Origin: an uncultured Veillonellaceae bacterium
Lineage (GTDB): Bacteria; Bacillota; Negativicutes; JARBTT01
Length of the DNA stretch: 64,000 nucleotides
Reading direction: 5' to 3'
Assembly (NCBI GenBank): GCA_963805085.1
Contig: CAWDTA010000002.1
Coordinates: 384,001 to 448,000, forward strand
Shown here piece after piece: positions 48,714 to 56,823 of the stretch. Each line of letters opens with the position of its first letter. Position 1 is the stretch's first letter. The position numbers and the translations under genes were made by a program. Under the pieces are notes generated by a model that saw nothing but the letters and a program-made list of their open reading frames with translations, searched no databases and was not told the origin of the DNA.

Positions 48714-49706
48714 TTATTTCTTTAAACTTTTATTTATTGTTTCCAATTGTTGTACATAGTGTTTTTCTATTTCAGATAATTCATCTACTGATTTTTGTTT
48801 GTATTTTTCATATTCAATTTTTGCCTTTTCAAGAGCCTGTCCAGCAGATACCTTGCCTTTATGCGACAATATCTCATGTTTAGAAAGCTTGAGAAAATCA
48901 TCCAGCAACGCAATCCAATCCTTCATATACATAGGTATCCTACGTCGTGCCTGCATATCTGCAAAATCAAGGTAAGCTGAGACCACCAAATTGAGCATCT
49001 CAATTTCTTCTTTTGACAAATAGTTTTTAGCAACAGTAGCATCTGCTTTACGCACTCGCCCTTCTGACAATACTGTCATCCCCATAAAAGGTTTACTACT
49101 ATCTGCTCGAAGCATGATAATTTCGGCAGCCGTATGTCCGTGTACCGCCCAATGCATTTTATTTTGGATAGTCTGAAAAAAATGTTTGGTGTCTTCCATA
49201 TCGGGATTGTAATCTATACTGGTGGCATAAATGTCCAGCACCTTGCGCCAAAATACTTTTTCTGAGGAACGTATATCCCTGATACGATCTAACAACTCAT
49301 CAAAATAGCTAGCACCGCCGGCTTTTTTCAATATATCATCATTGATGGTAAAACCTTTGATGATATATTCATTAAGACGCTTGGTTGCCCATATCCGAAA
49401 CTGCGTACCACGCAAGGACTTTACTCGATAGCCGACAGATATGATAACATCAAGATTATAATAGTCTACATTATACTTTTTGCCATCTGTAGCAGTTGTT
49501 CGGATTTTCCGAACAACTGCTTGCTTATCTAATTCACCTTCTTCAAAGACATGCTTGATATGCTCACTAATGTTGGATTTGCTACTATTAAACAGCTCCA
49601 CCATTTGATTAAGAGACAGCCATACCGTTTCGTTTTCCATACGAACATCAATTTTCGTCTGCCCATCTTCCGTCTGATACATAATCATTTCCGTTCTATT
49701 GTCCAT
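48714..49706 (-). CDS. rhuM: RhuM family protein
   Basis: ETVWLS..QM.ELF, HIKHVFEEGEL, YNLDVIISVGYRVKS.RGTQFRIWA, RIRDIRSSEK. Confidence 0.92.
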   Translation of the reverse strand: MDNRTEMIMYQTEDGQTKIDVRMENETVWLSLNQMVELFNSSKSNISEHIKHVFEEGELDKQAVVRKIRTTATDGKKYNVDYYNLDVIISVGYRVKSLRGTQFRIWATKRLNEYIIKGFTINDDILKKAGGASYFDELLDRIRDIRSSEKVFWRKVLDIYATSIDYNPDMEDTKHFFQTIQNKMHWAVHGHTAAEIIMLRADSSKPFMGMTVLSEGRVRKADATVAKNYLSKEEIEMLNLVVSAYLDFADMQARRRIPMYMKDWIALLDDFLKLSKHEILSHKGKVSAGQALEKAKIEYEKYKQKSVDELSEIEKHYVQQLETINKSLKK

Positions 49707-49872
49707 TATTCAAGCCTCCTTTTATAGTCAAACTCTTTTACCATACATTACTTGGTATGTTTGCTAAATAGTAACAACCATTTTTTAATATTTGAATCTA
49801 TGTGATGTCTGTGTCCCACTTTTCGTTAGGTTTATTGTTCGAAACGGACTTATCCTAGACAGGGTCAATTAC

Positions 49873-51351
49873 TTATAATTTTTTATTATTTACTGCATCG
49901 TTAAGTAACGAGCAAAGTATTTCCAGTGCTTTCGGTAAATCTTCATCGGCAAGGTTCGTCCAACAAATTCGCAGGTGATTGGTTTCGGGTTCTCCAGAAT
50001 AGAATATAGAGCCGGGGAAGAAATGTACACCGCGACGGTGGGCTTCTGGAATTAAAAAATCGGTGTGAATCCCTGCAGGCATCGATAACCATACGTAGAG
50101 TCCAGCAGTTTGTTTGGGGCGAATAATCCGAGGATCAAGAAGACGATCTAAGGTTTGAAGAACATGTTTGCGACGACGATCAAGCACAATATTCATTTTA
50201 CTTATGAAGTGAAAAAGTTGAGGATTACGAAAAAATGGGATAAGGGATTTTTGCAGCCAAAGCGGAGAACCTAGATCAGCAATTGATTTGGCTGCAAACA
50301 GTCGATTATAGATACTGCCATCTGCCGCAAGTAAACCAAGTCGCATGCCAGGAAAGAGAAATTTGCTAAAGCCTTTAAGATAAGTAACGCGTCCATCTGT
50401 ATCTAGCATCTTTAATGGCGGAGGCAAAACTAAAGATTTAATGCGATTTATTTCTAATTCACGATGTGGTTCATCTTCTAAAATGAGGGCATTATGCTCT
50501 CTAGCAAAATTTAGTAAATCTTGGCGCCTTGACATGGACATGATCGCTCCAGTGGGATTTTGTCCAGTGGGAACCGTATAAATTGCTTTAAAGCGCGTAT
50601 AGGGTGCTAGGTCTTCTAATATATCAACTCGTATTCCGTTGCTATCAACGGGGATGGGTTGCAGATTAACATGCGATAAACGAAAGGCATCAATGGCTCC
50701 CGAAAAACAAGGTGTCTCTACCGCAATCGTATCACCAGGTCCAAGAAAGGTCCGTGCAAATAGATCAATTCCTTGCTGTGTACCACTTGTTACGATTAGT
50801 TGATGGGGACTCAGATCAATAGACAATTCTTTTAAGTAGTCTACCAACGCGAATAGAAAATCCGTATCACCTTGAAAATTAGCATGCTTTCCCAAGGCAT
50901 CAGAATCACGCTCTAGTGTTTGACGAATTGAAGTTTTAATCAAGTCCATAGGTAATAAGGATGGATGTACGCAAGCGGATGCTAAGTCTAATATATTCGG
51001 AGATAGCCGTACCGTACTTTGACTCCATAAGCTAGCACGCGGGAGATAATCGGGGACTGAAAGTTGCCAATCAAATGAGGTGGAGGAATCCGCTTCATCT
51101 ATAGTATTATTTTTTGCAGCGCGCACAAAGGTTCCTTTACCACGGATGCTTTCTGTTAGATTGCTATGATCAAGCATTTTGTAAACCTGATGTGCAGTCA
51201 CTAAACTAATGCTTAATTCGTTTGCGAGTTCTCGTACTGAAGGTAGTTTGAAATCTATTTCAATCAGCCCCGAGCGGATACGTTGGGCTATTTCTAAATA
51301 AATTTGCTGGCGAATAGAAACCTTACTTTTACGATTAATAGAGATTTTCAT
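49873..51351 (-). CDS. MocR/GabR-type PLP-dependent GntR regulator
   Basis: LPSVRELA..L..S..T wHTH, GKGTFV; aminotransferase domain with GFSK..FPG.RLG; GGAGGG RBS before ATG 51351. Confidence 0.92.
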   Translation of the reverse strand: MKISINRKSKVSIRQQIYLEIAQRIRSGLIEIDFKLPSVRELANELSISLVTAHQVYKMLDHSNLTESIRGKGTFVRAAKNNTIDEADSSTSFDWQLSVPDYLPRASLWSQSTVRLSPNILDLASACVHPSLLPMDLIKTSIRQTLERDSDALGKHANFQGDTDFLFALVDYLKELSIDLSPHQLIVTSGTQQGIDLFARTFLGPGDTIAVETPCFSGAIDAFRLSHVNLQPIPVDSNGIRVDILEDLAPYTRFKAIYTVPTGQNPTGAIMSMSRRQDLLNFAREHNALILEDEPHRELEINRIKSLVLPPPLKMLDTDGRVTYLKGFSKFLFPGMRLGLLAADGSIYNRLFAAKSIADLGSPLWLQKSLIPFFRNPQLFHFISKMNIVLDRRRKHVLQTLDRLLDPRIIRPKQTAGLYVWLSMPAGIHTDFLIPEAHRRGVHFFPGSIFYSGEPETNHLRICWTNLADEDLPKALEILCSLLNDAVNNKKL

Positions 51352-51362
51352 AAACCCTCCAA

Positions 51363-51439
51363 CTGTTATAGCCATCGTTTGACTGTTATAGTCGACAAGT
51401 GCTTTTATAGTACTAATATACAGCAATGTTATATAACAG
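51363..51439. promoter_or_regulatory. Putative MocR operator
   Basis: CTGTTATAG direct repeats at 51363 and 51383; inverted TATACAG 51417 and TATAACAG 51432 between the divergent regulator and transporter. Confidence 0.7.
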
Positions 51440-51455
51440 GAAAGAGGGAAAATTT

Positions 51456-52364
51456 ATGTATATAGTATATGGTTTGATGTGTCTGATTTTTGGCACGACG
51501 TTTTTGGCAATAAAAGTTGGAATTGACGCTGGTGCATCACCTTTTTTGTTTGCGGGCACCAGATTTTTCTTTGCGGGAATTGTCGTATTACTTGCTGTTA
51601 AATTATTACATGGTGAAATTGGTCTAAAAACAGGCAAACGCATTGATGTTTTGCTTGTTGGTATATTTATGACGACTGTTATGTTTGGCTGTTTATACTG
51701 GGGAGAACGCCATATCTCATCAAGTATTGCAGCATTGTTAGCCGCAACTACACCAATTATGATTGGTCTTGTAGAATGGTTTGAGGGAAATCGAGAAGGT
51801 AGCTCTATCAAAGGTTGTGGCTTACTGATCTCCTTTATCGGGGTCGGTATTGCCGTACTTCCTGCGCTAGGCGCTACTGTAACGAAAGAAGCATTAATGG
51901 CGGTAATTGTAATACTCGCCGCTGAAGTTGGTAACGTTTATGGTATCATAACGGCAAAAAGAGTTTTAGCTACTGGCGTAAACCCCTTCGTACTGAATGG
52001 CTGGCAGATGCTAGTTGGCGGAGCCTTTTTAATCCTTTTATCTATGGGTACAGAACCAGCGGAATTTGTGATGAACGAGAATGTACTGGTTTCATGGGCT
52101 TATCTTGTTGTCTTTGGTTCACTTGTTGGGCACGGCTCTTATTACTGGTTGGTCAATCGTGCAGGCCCTTTACTCCCATCAACATGGACCTATGTCTCAC
52201 CAGTTATTGCCCAATTTATTGGCTACTACGTCCTGTCAGAATATTTATCAGGCTATTCATTCATCGGGCTAAGTTTGGTTTTATGGGGTGTATTTTTAGT
52301 TAGTAGAGCTGTGACATTAAGAAACTGGTTAAAAAAGCTATTACAAAGTTTAGCAGCTTCTTAG
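51456..52364 (+). CDS. EamA/DMT family transporter
   Basis: IFGTTFLAIK, PFLFAGTRF, TYVSPVIA; GAGGG RBS. Confidence 0.9.
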   Translation: MYIVYGLMCLIFGTTFLAIKVGIDAGASPFLFAGTRFFFAGIVVLLAVKLLHGEIGLKTGKRIDVLLVGIFMTTVMFGCLYWGERHISSSIAALLAATTPIMIGLVEWFEGNREGSSIKGCGLLISFIGVGIAVLPALGATVTKEALMAVIVILAAEVGNVYGIITAKRVLATGVNPFVLNGWQMLVGGAFLILLSMGTEPAEFVMNENVLVSWAYLVVFGSLVGHGSYYWLVNRAGPLLPSTWTYVSPVIAQFIGYYVLSEYLSGYSFIGLSLVLWGVFLVSRAVTLRNWLKKLLQSLAAS

Positions 52365-52508
52365 AATAAATATGTTATAAGAATTGTAATACGTTAAAAG
52401 CAACTTTCTGTAATGAATATAAGTTGCTACAACCAAAGGTTTGATTGCAGTTCCTTTCTATCTATTGTAAAATAACTGCATGTGAACATTTAAAAAGTGA
52501 GGTATATT

Positions 52509-53147
52509 ATGAAGGCTGTTATATTTGATATGGATGGAGTCATCATTGATAGTGAACCAATCAACACTGGTCTTTCGATCAAAACTGTTGCCCATTTTGG
52601 CAGTAGCATTACCAGTGAGGAAATGGAAAAATATGCTGGATCAACGATGAAAATTATTTATTCTAGTATTAAGGAAGTTAAGCACCTTGCTGCCCCAGTA
52701 GAAGAAATCATTGCTTATATGCAAGCAAGTATGCTCAGAAATTTATCCGAAGAAGATATTGAACCAATTGAAGGTATCCGTGAATTACTTATTGCCTTAA
52801 AAGCAAAAAATATTCCCACAGCAATTGCTTCTTCTTCGCCAAAAAACTTAATTGAGGCTGTTGTTGAAAAATTTAAATTACAAGAGTATTTTACTTATCT
52901 TGTCAGTGGCAATGAGGTAAAGCACAGCAAACCAGATCCAGAGATTTACCTTGTAACAGCTGAAAAACTAGGTGTTGCTCCTAGCGATTGTGTCGTCATT
53001 GAAGACTCAAAAAATGGGGTAAATGCCGCGAAAAATGCTGGCATGACTTGTATCGGCTTTAGAAATCTAAATTCCGGTAAACAGGATATCTCTCGCGCCG
53101 ATGTCATTGTCGATGCGATTACTGAAATTGACCTAAGCAAATTTTAA
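52509..53147 (+). CDS. HAD-IA phosphatase (beta-PGM/CbbY-like)
   Basis: FDMDGVIIDSE, ASSS, KPDP, IEDS..G. Confidence 0.92.
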   Translation: MKAVIFDMDGVIIDSEPINTGLSIKTVAHFGSSITSEEMEKYAGSTMKIIYSSIKEVKHLAAPVEEIIAYMQASMLRNLSEEDIEPIEGIRELLIALKAKNIPTAIASSSPKNLIEAVVEKFKLQEYFTYLVSGNEVKHSKPDPEIYLVTAEKLGVAPSDCVVIEDSKNGVNAAKNAGMTCIGFRNLNSGKQDISRADVIVDAITEIDLSKF

Positions 53148-53176
53148 TCCTATATATTTTTAAGGGAGGGAAATTA

Positions 53177-53815
53177 ATGAAAGCTGTCATTTTTGATTTG
53201 GATGGTGTGATTATTGATAGTGAACCACTCTATCTAAAGATTAATATAAAAACGTTGAACCATTATGATATCACCGCTTCCGAGGAAGATTTTAATCAAT
53301 TTGTTGGTATGACGGATGTCGGTGTATTCACTACCTTAAAAGAAAAATATCAGTTTCCTTATACAATAGAAGAAATGCTTGCTTATCATAGCGAACTTGT
53401 TTGGGATACTTTTAATCATTTAGAAGCTGAACCAATCGAAGATATCCGTAATCTATTACAAACCTTAAAAGATCATCATATTCCCACAGCTGTTGCATCT
53501 TCTTCGCCAAAAAAGATCATCAATGTAATTCTCAGTAAATTTGAACTTGATGACTATTTTAAGCTGATTGTCAGCGGCCAAGAAGTATCTCATGGGAAAC
53601 CCGCCCCAGATATTTTCCTTGAAACCGCAAAAAGACTGCATGTTGCCCCAGCTGACTGTGTTGTTATCGAAGACTCTAAAAACGGCACCATTGCAGCAAA
53701 AAAAGCTGGTATGGAATGTATCGGCTTTCAGAATTTAAATTCTGGTAACCAAGATTTAAGCATCGCTGATGTAATTGTTGACTCAATTGCAGAAATAGAT
53801 CTTTTAAATTTATAA
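53177..53815 (+). CDS. HAD-IA phosphatase, tandem paralog
   Basis: FDLDGVIIDSE, ASSS, KPAP, IEDS..G. Confidence 0.92.
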   Translation: MKAVIFDLDGVIIDSEPLYLKINIKTLNHYDITASEEDFNQFVGMTDVGVFTTLKEKYQFPYTIEEMLAYHSELVWDTFNHLEAEPIEDIRNLLQTLKDHHIPTAVASSSPKKIINVILSKFELDDYFKLIVSGQEVSHGKPAPDIFLETAKRLHVAPADCVVIEDSKNGTIAAKKAGMECIGFQNLNSGNQDLSIADVIVDSIAEIDLLNL

Positions 53816-53828
53816 ATTATCGAAAGCA

Positions 53829-53872
53829 AAAACTAGGTTATTTACAAACTTTACTGTAAGTAACCTAGTTTT
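53829..53872 (+). terminator. Terminator after the HAD pair
   Basis: aaaactaggttatttaca...tgtaagtaacctagtttt. Confidence 0.75.
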
Positions 53873-53879
53873 AATTTCA

Positions 53880-53908
53880 TTGACTATGAAATTATCCTAT
53901 ACTATGAT
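53880..53908 (+). promoter_or_regulatory. SigA-like promoter upstream of MITE copy 2 and the EamA gene
   Basis: TTGACT-N17-TATGAT. Confidence 0.6.
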
Positions 53909-53920
53909 TAATTTTATAAA

Positions 53921-54080
53921 AGAGACTGTTACAAAATACCCATCTGCGTTGTTTCTCCTGCGAGCACTCACTCAACGTACTACATCGTACGCCCTCGCTC
54001 GCGTTCTCGCCCTTCCTAGCATTTGGGCATCTTGCAACAGTCTTTTGAAATTTAAGGTTGTGTGTTTTTTGAAACACACT
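53921..54080 (-). mobile_element. ERIC-like MITE, copy 2
   Basis: Reverse complement of 13660-13813 with a few substitutions and indels; TIR core 53921-54045. Confidence 0.8.
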
Positions 54081-54105
54081 CTAATATTAAAGAAAGTAGA
54101 TTATC

Positions 54106-55011
54106 ATGATGATAGAAAATAATCCACCAAATCAGCGTAACAAAGGAATATTTCTCGTATTATTCGGAGCCACGCTCTGGGGTGCCTCAGGCGTTGTTGC
54201 TCAATATTTATTTCATACGAAACTGCTCACGCCTGAATGGCTCGTTGTCGTCCGCCTTTTATCTTCGGGACTTTTATTACTTGCCTATGATTTTATAAAA
54301 AACCGTGACAGTATTTTTTATATTTGGAAAATAAAGCGCGACCGCAACCAATTGCTTTTTTTTAGCGTTTTCGGGATGCTCGGCGTACAGTATACCTATT
54401 TTGCTGCCATCAGCTATGGCAACGCAGCAACCGCAACTATTTTGCAATATTTAATGCCAGTAATCATTGTTTGTTATTTTGCCGTACGTTATAAAAAACG
54501 GCCGAATGGTTTAGAACTCATCTCTATTTTTTTGGCAATGCTCGGCACCTGCCTCCTTGTAACCAAAGGTGATTTTTCGAATCTTGCCATTTCTCCACTC
54601 GCTTTATTTTGGGGAATTGCCTCGGCTTTCGGTGCCGCTTTTTATACCGTACAACCGAGATATCTGCTTAGTCATTGGCGCTCCCCCCTCGTAATCGGCT
54701 GGGGGATGTTCGTTGGTGGAATCGTGATGAGCCCAGTGAATCCACCTTGGGAATTCACTGGTATTTGGGATATGAATGCCTTACTCGGGATTCTATTTAT
54801 TATCTTATTTGGCACCATTATCGCCTTTTACGCCTACCTTGAAAGCATTAAATACATTCTACCCACTGAGACCGGCACACTTGCATCCGTGGAACCACTC
54901 GCCGCAGTTATTCTTTCGATTTATTGTCTAAGTACGCCATTTGGCCTAATCGACCTCATCGGCGGCTTATCCATTATGACAACAGTATTCCTCTTGGCTA
55001 GAGCAAAATGA
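54106..55011 (+). CDS. EamA/DMT family transporter (YicL-like)
   Basis: LWGASGVVAQYLF, GVQYTYF, NAATATILQY, EPL. Confidence 0.9.
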   Translation: MMIENNPPNQRNKGIFLVLFGATLWGASGVVAQYLFHTKLLTPEWLVVVRLLSSGLLLLAYDFIKNRDSIFYIWKIKRDRNQLLFFSVFGMLGVQYTYFAAISYGNAATATILQYLMPVIIVCYFAVRYKKRPNGLELISIFLAMLGTCLLVTKGDFSNLAISPLALFWGIASAFGAAFYTVQPRYLLSHWRSPLVIGWGMFVGGIVMSPVNPPWEFTGIWDMNALLGILFIILFGTIIAFYAYLESIKYILPTETGTLASVEPLAAVILSIYCLSTPFGLIDLIGGLSIMTTVFLLARAK

Positions 55012-55050
55012 CCGTTCTCCTGCCAATAAACTCTCTTGCTTAGAAAACTG

Positions 55051-55863
55051 CTATTTTACAGAATCTTTCATATAACTCCGCGGTGTTATTCCCATCATTT
55101 TTTTAAAAACATTAGAAAAATGACTTTGATCTGAAAAACCTAAGGTGGTTGCAATGCCAGCAATATTATTCCCTTGTAATAGCATTTCTTTCGCCGCACG
55201 AATTCTAACCTGCTGTTGATACATATGCGGAGGTATCCCTATAGTGTTCGTAAAAACACGAATAAAATAATATGGACTTAAGCAGGCAATCTTCGCCAAA
55301 GCACTTAAGGTAAAATTTTTTTTGTAGTGTGTATCAATAAATTGTTTCACCTTATCTACCGCTTCTTTTTGTTGATACTGCATCGTGATTGGTTCAATAA
55401 ATAAAGTACATTCATTGATGATATCTCCCAAAATTTTAACCAGCATCGATTGTTTTAAAAATTCACTTTCTTTCGATATTAAAAGTTGTTCTAATTCCAA
55501 CATTTTCTCATAATGGCTATTATTTTCTAAAATTACTTTGTTAAACTTATAATTTCTCGACGGTAATATCATCTGTAATAGCTTTTTTGAAACCATAAAT
55601 GATGAGTAACTACACCCCGCTTCATTAGAAATAAACGAATGAGAAGTCTTCGGAGGAATAATAAATATATTACCAGCTACAATTTGATATTGGCTCCCCT
55701 GACAACTCAAACTACGCTTACCATCTTTAACGATACCTAAACATAAGCTTCGATGTGTATGTCTTGAAAAATCGTGTTGAATATTGTTACCAGAAACGAC
55801 TTCTACACCTATTGTTTTAGTAAAATCAAAAAAATAGATTTTCCCCGTTTCTCTCTGTTTCAT
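55051..55863 (-). CDS. AraC family transcriptional regulator
   Basis: Cupin-like HTH...H; LSPYYFIRVF; GFSDQSHF...FKK..GITP. Confidence 0.92.
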   Translation of the reverse strand: MKQRETGKIYFFDFTKTIGVEVVSGNNIQHDFSRHTHRSLCLGIVKDGKRSLSCQGSQYQIVAGNIFIIPPKTSHSFISNEAGCSYSSFMVSKKLLQMILPSRNYKFNKVILENNSHYEKMLELEQLLISKESEFLKQSMLVKILGDIINECTLFIEPITMQYQQKEAVDKVKQFIDTHYKKNFTLSALAKIACLSPYYFIRVFTNTIGIPPHMYQQQVRIRAAKEMLLQGNNIAGIATTLGFSDQSHFSNVFKKMMGITPRSYMKDSVK

Positions 55864-55932
55864 TTTTCATTCCCTCTATACAAAAATAAAACCAACCAAG
55901 TATACTTTCTATACTTCCGGTTGGTTTTTATT

Positions 55933-55959
55933 ATTCGTAACTATTCAGAAAATTCCTGC
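55933..55959 (-). promoter_or_regulatory. SigH-like promoter
   Basis: GCAGGAATT-N14-GAAT. Confidence 0.55.
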
Positions 55960-55986
55960 ATTAGTTAGTTGTTTTTTACAATAATA

Positions 55987-56799
55987 TTAAAAGAAATATT
56001 TTTCAATCGCATATGCAATGCCATCTTCATCATTTGATTTAGTTATATACTTTGCAGCTTGTTTTACTTCCGGTTCGGCATTTTCCATAGCAAAGGAATA
56101 CCCAGCAAGGTCCATCATGCTAATATCATTGTGGTGATCACCGAATACCGCTATTCTATCAAGTGCAAAATGATATTTTTCAGCTATAACGCTTAAAGCA
56201 ATGCCTTTACTTACCTCTTTAGCAGCGATATCCAACCCACCTTTCTCCGATGAAATAAAGGTCATTTTCTCATCAGTATTATATCGTTGTTTGATTTTAA
56301 CAACTTCTTCTTCGGAAAGTTGCCAAATAAACATTTTTAATACTTGAGTAAGCGGTAAATCCTCGACTGTTTCCATCATGTGAATCGGTATTTTGAACTC
56401 TGGCGCCATCGCCATATTATACTCATGAAAAAAACTCACCCGTTTACTATTTGCTGAACAAAACATACTATCGCAAACACTTGCAGTAAAATCATATGCA
56501 TTAGAAAAACAATAGCTAGCGATTTCTTCTACAAACTCTTTTGGCATAAATTTATGATATAAAACTTCATTGGTAATTGGACTGCGAATCAAAGCTCCAT
56601 TACAAGCAATAATGGGTTCGGTTATCCCAATTTTCATCGCCAGCCCTTTGACGTAAACATCATTTCTTCCTGTCGCTAGCACAACCTTTACACCATGCTT
56701 TTTTAGTTTTTGCAATGCTTGCAAATTGGCACTGCTTACTTCTTTACTAGAATTAAGCAAAGTACCATCAAGATCAAATACACAACAATCAATCTTCAT
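55987..56799 (-). CDS. Cof-type HAD-IIB phosphatase
   Basis: FDLDGTLL, LATGR, NGA, SKG, FGD..ND, AMENA. Confidence 0.92.
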   Translation of the reverse strand: MKIDCCVFDLDGTLLNSSKEVSSANLQALQKLKKHGVKVVLATGRNDVYVKGLAMKIGITEPIIACNGALIRSPITNEVLYHKFMPKEFVEEIASYCFSNAYDFTASVCDSMFCSANSKRVSFFHEYNMAMAPEFKIPIHMMETVEDLPLTQVLKMFIWQLSEEEVVKIKQRYNTDEKMTFISSEKGGLDIAAKEVSKGIALSVIAEKYHFALDRIAVFGDHHNDISMMDLAGYSFAMENAEPEVKQAAKYITKSNDEDGIAYAIEKYFF

Positions 56800-56823
56800 T
56801 TTTATCGACCTCATTCAATAAAG

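Noticed and set aside
49800-49872. IS end or att site at the RM locus edge
   Set aside because: No matching repeat found at the other boundary.
51352-51455. Long starts at 51426 for both MocR and EamA
   Set aside because: They would remove the shared operator region; RBSs support 51351 and 51456.
53880-54122. ORFs 53880..54122 and 53892..54077
   Set aside because: They are translations of MITE copy 2 and its promoter, with no RBS.
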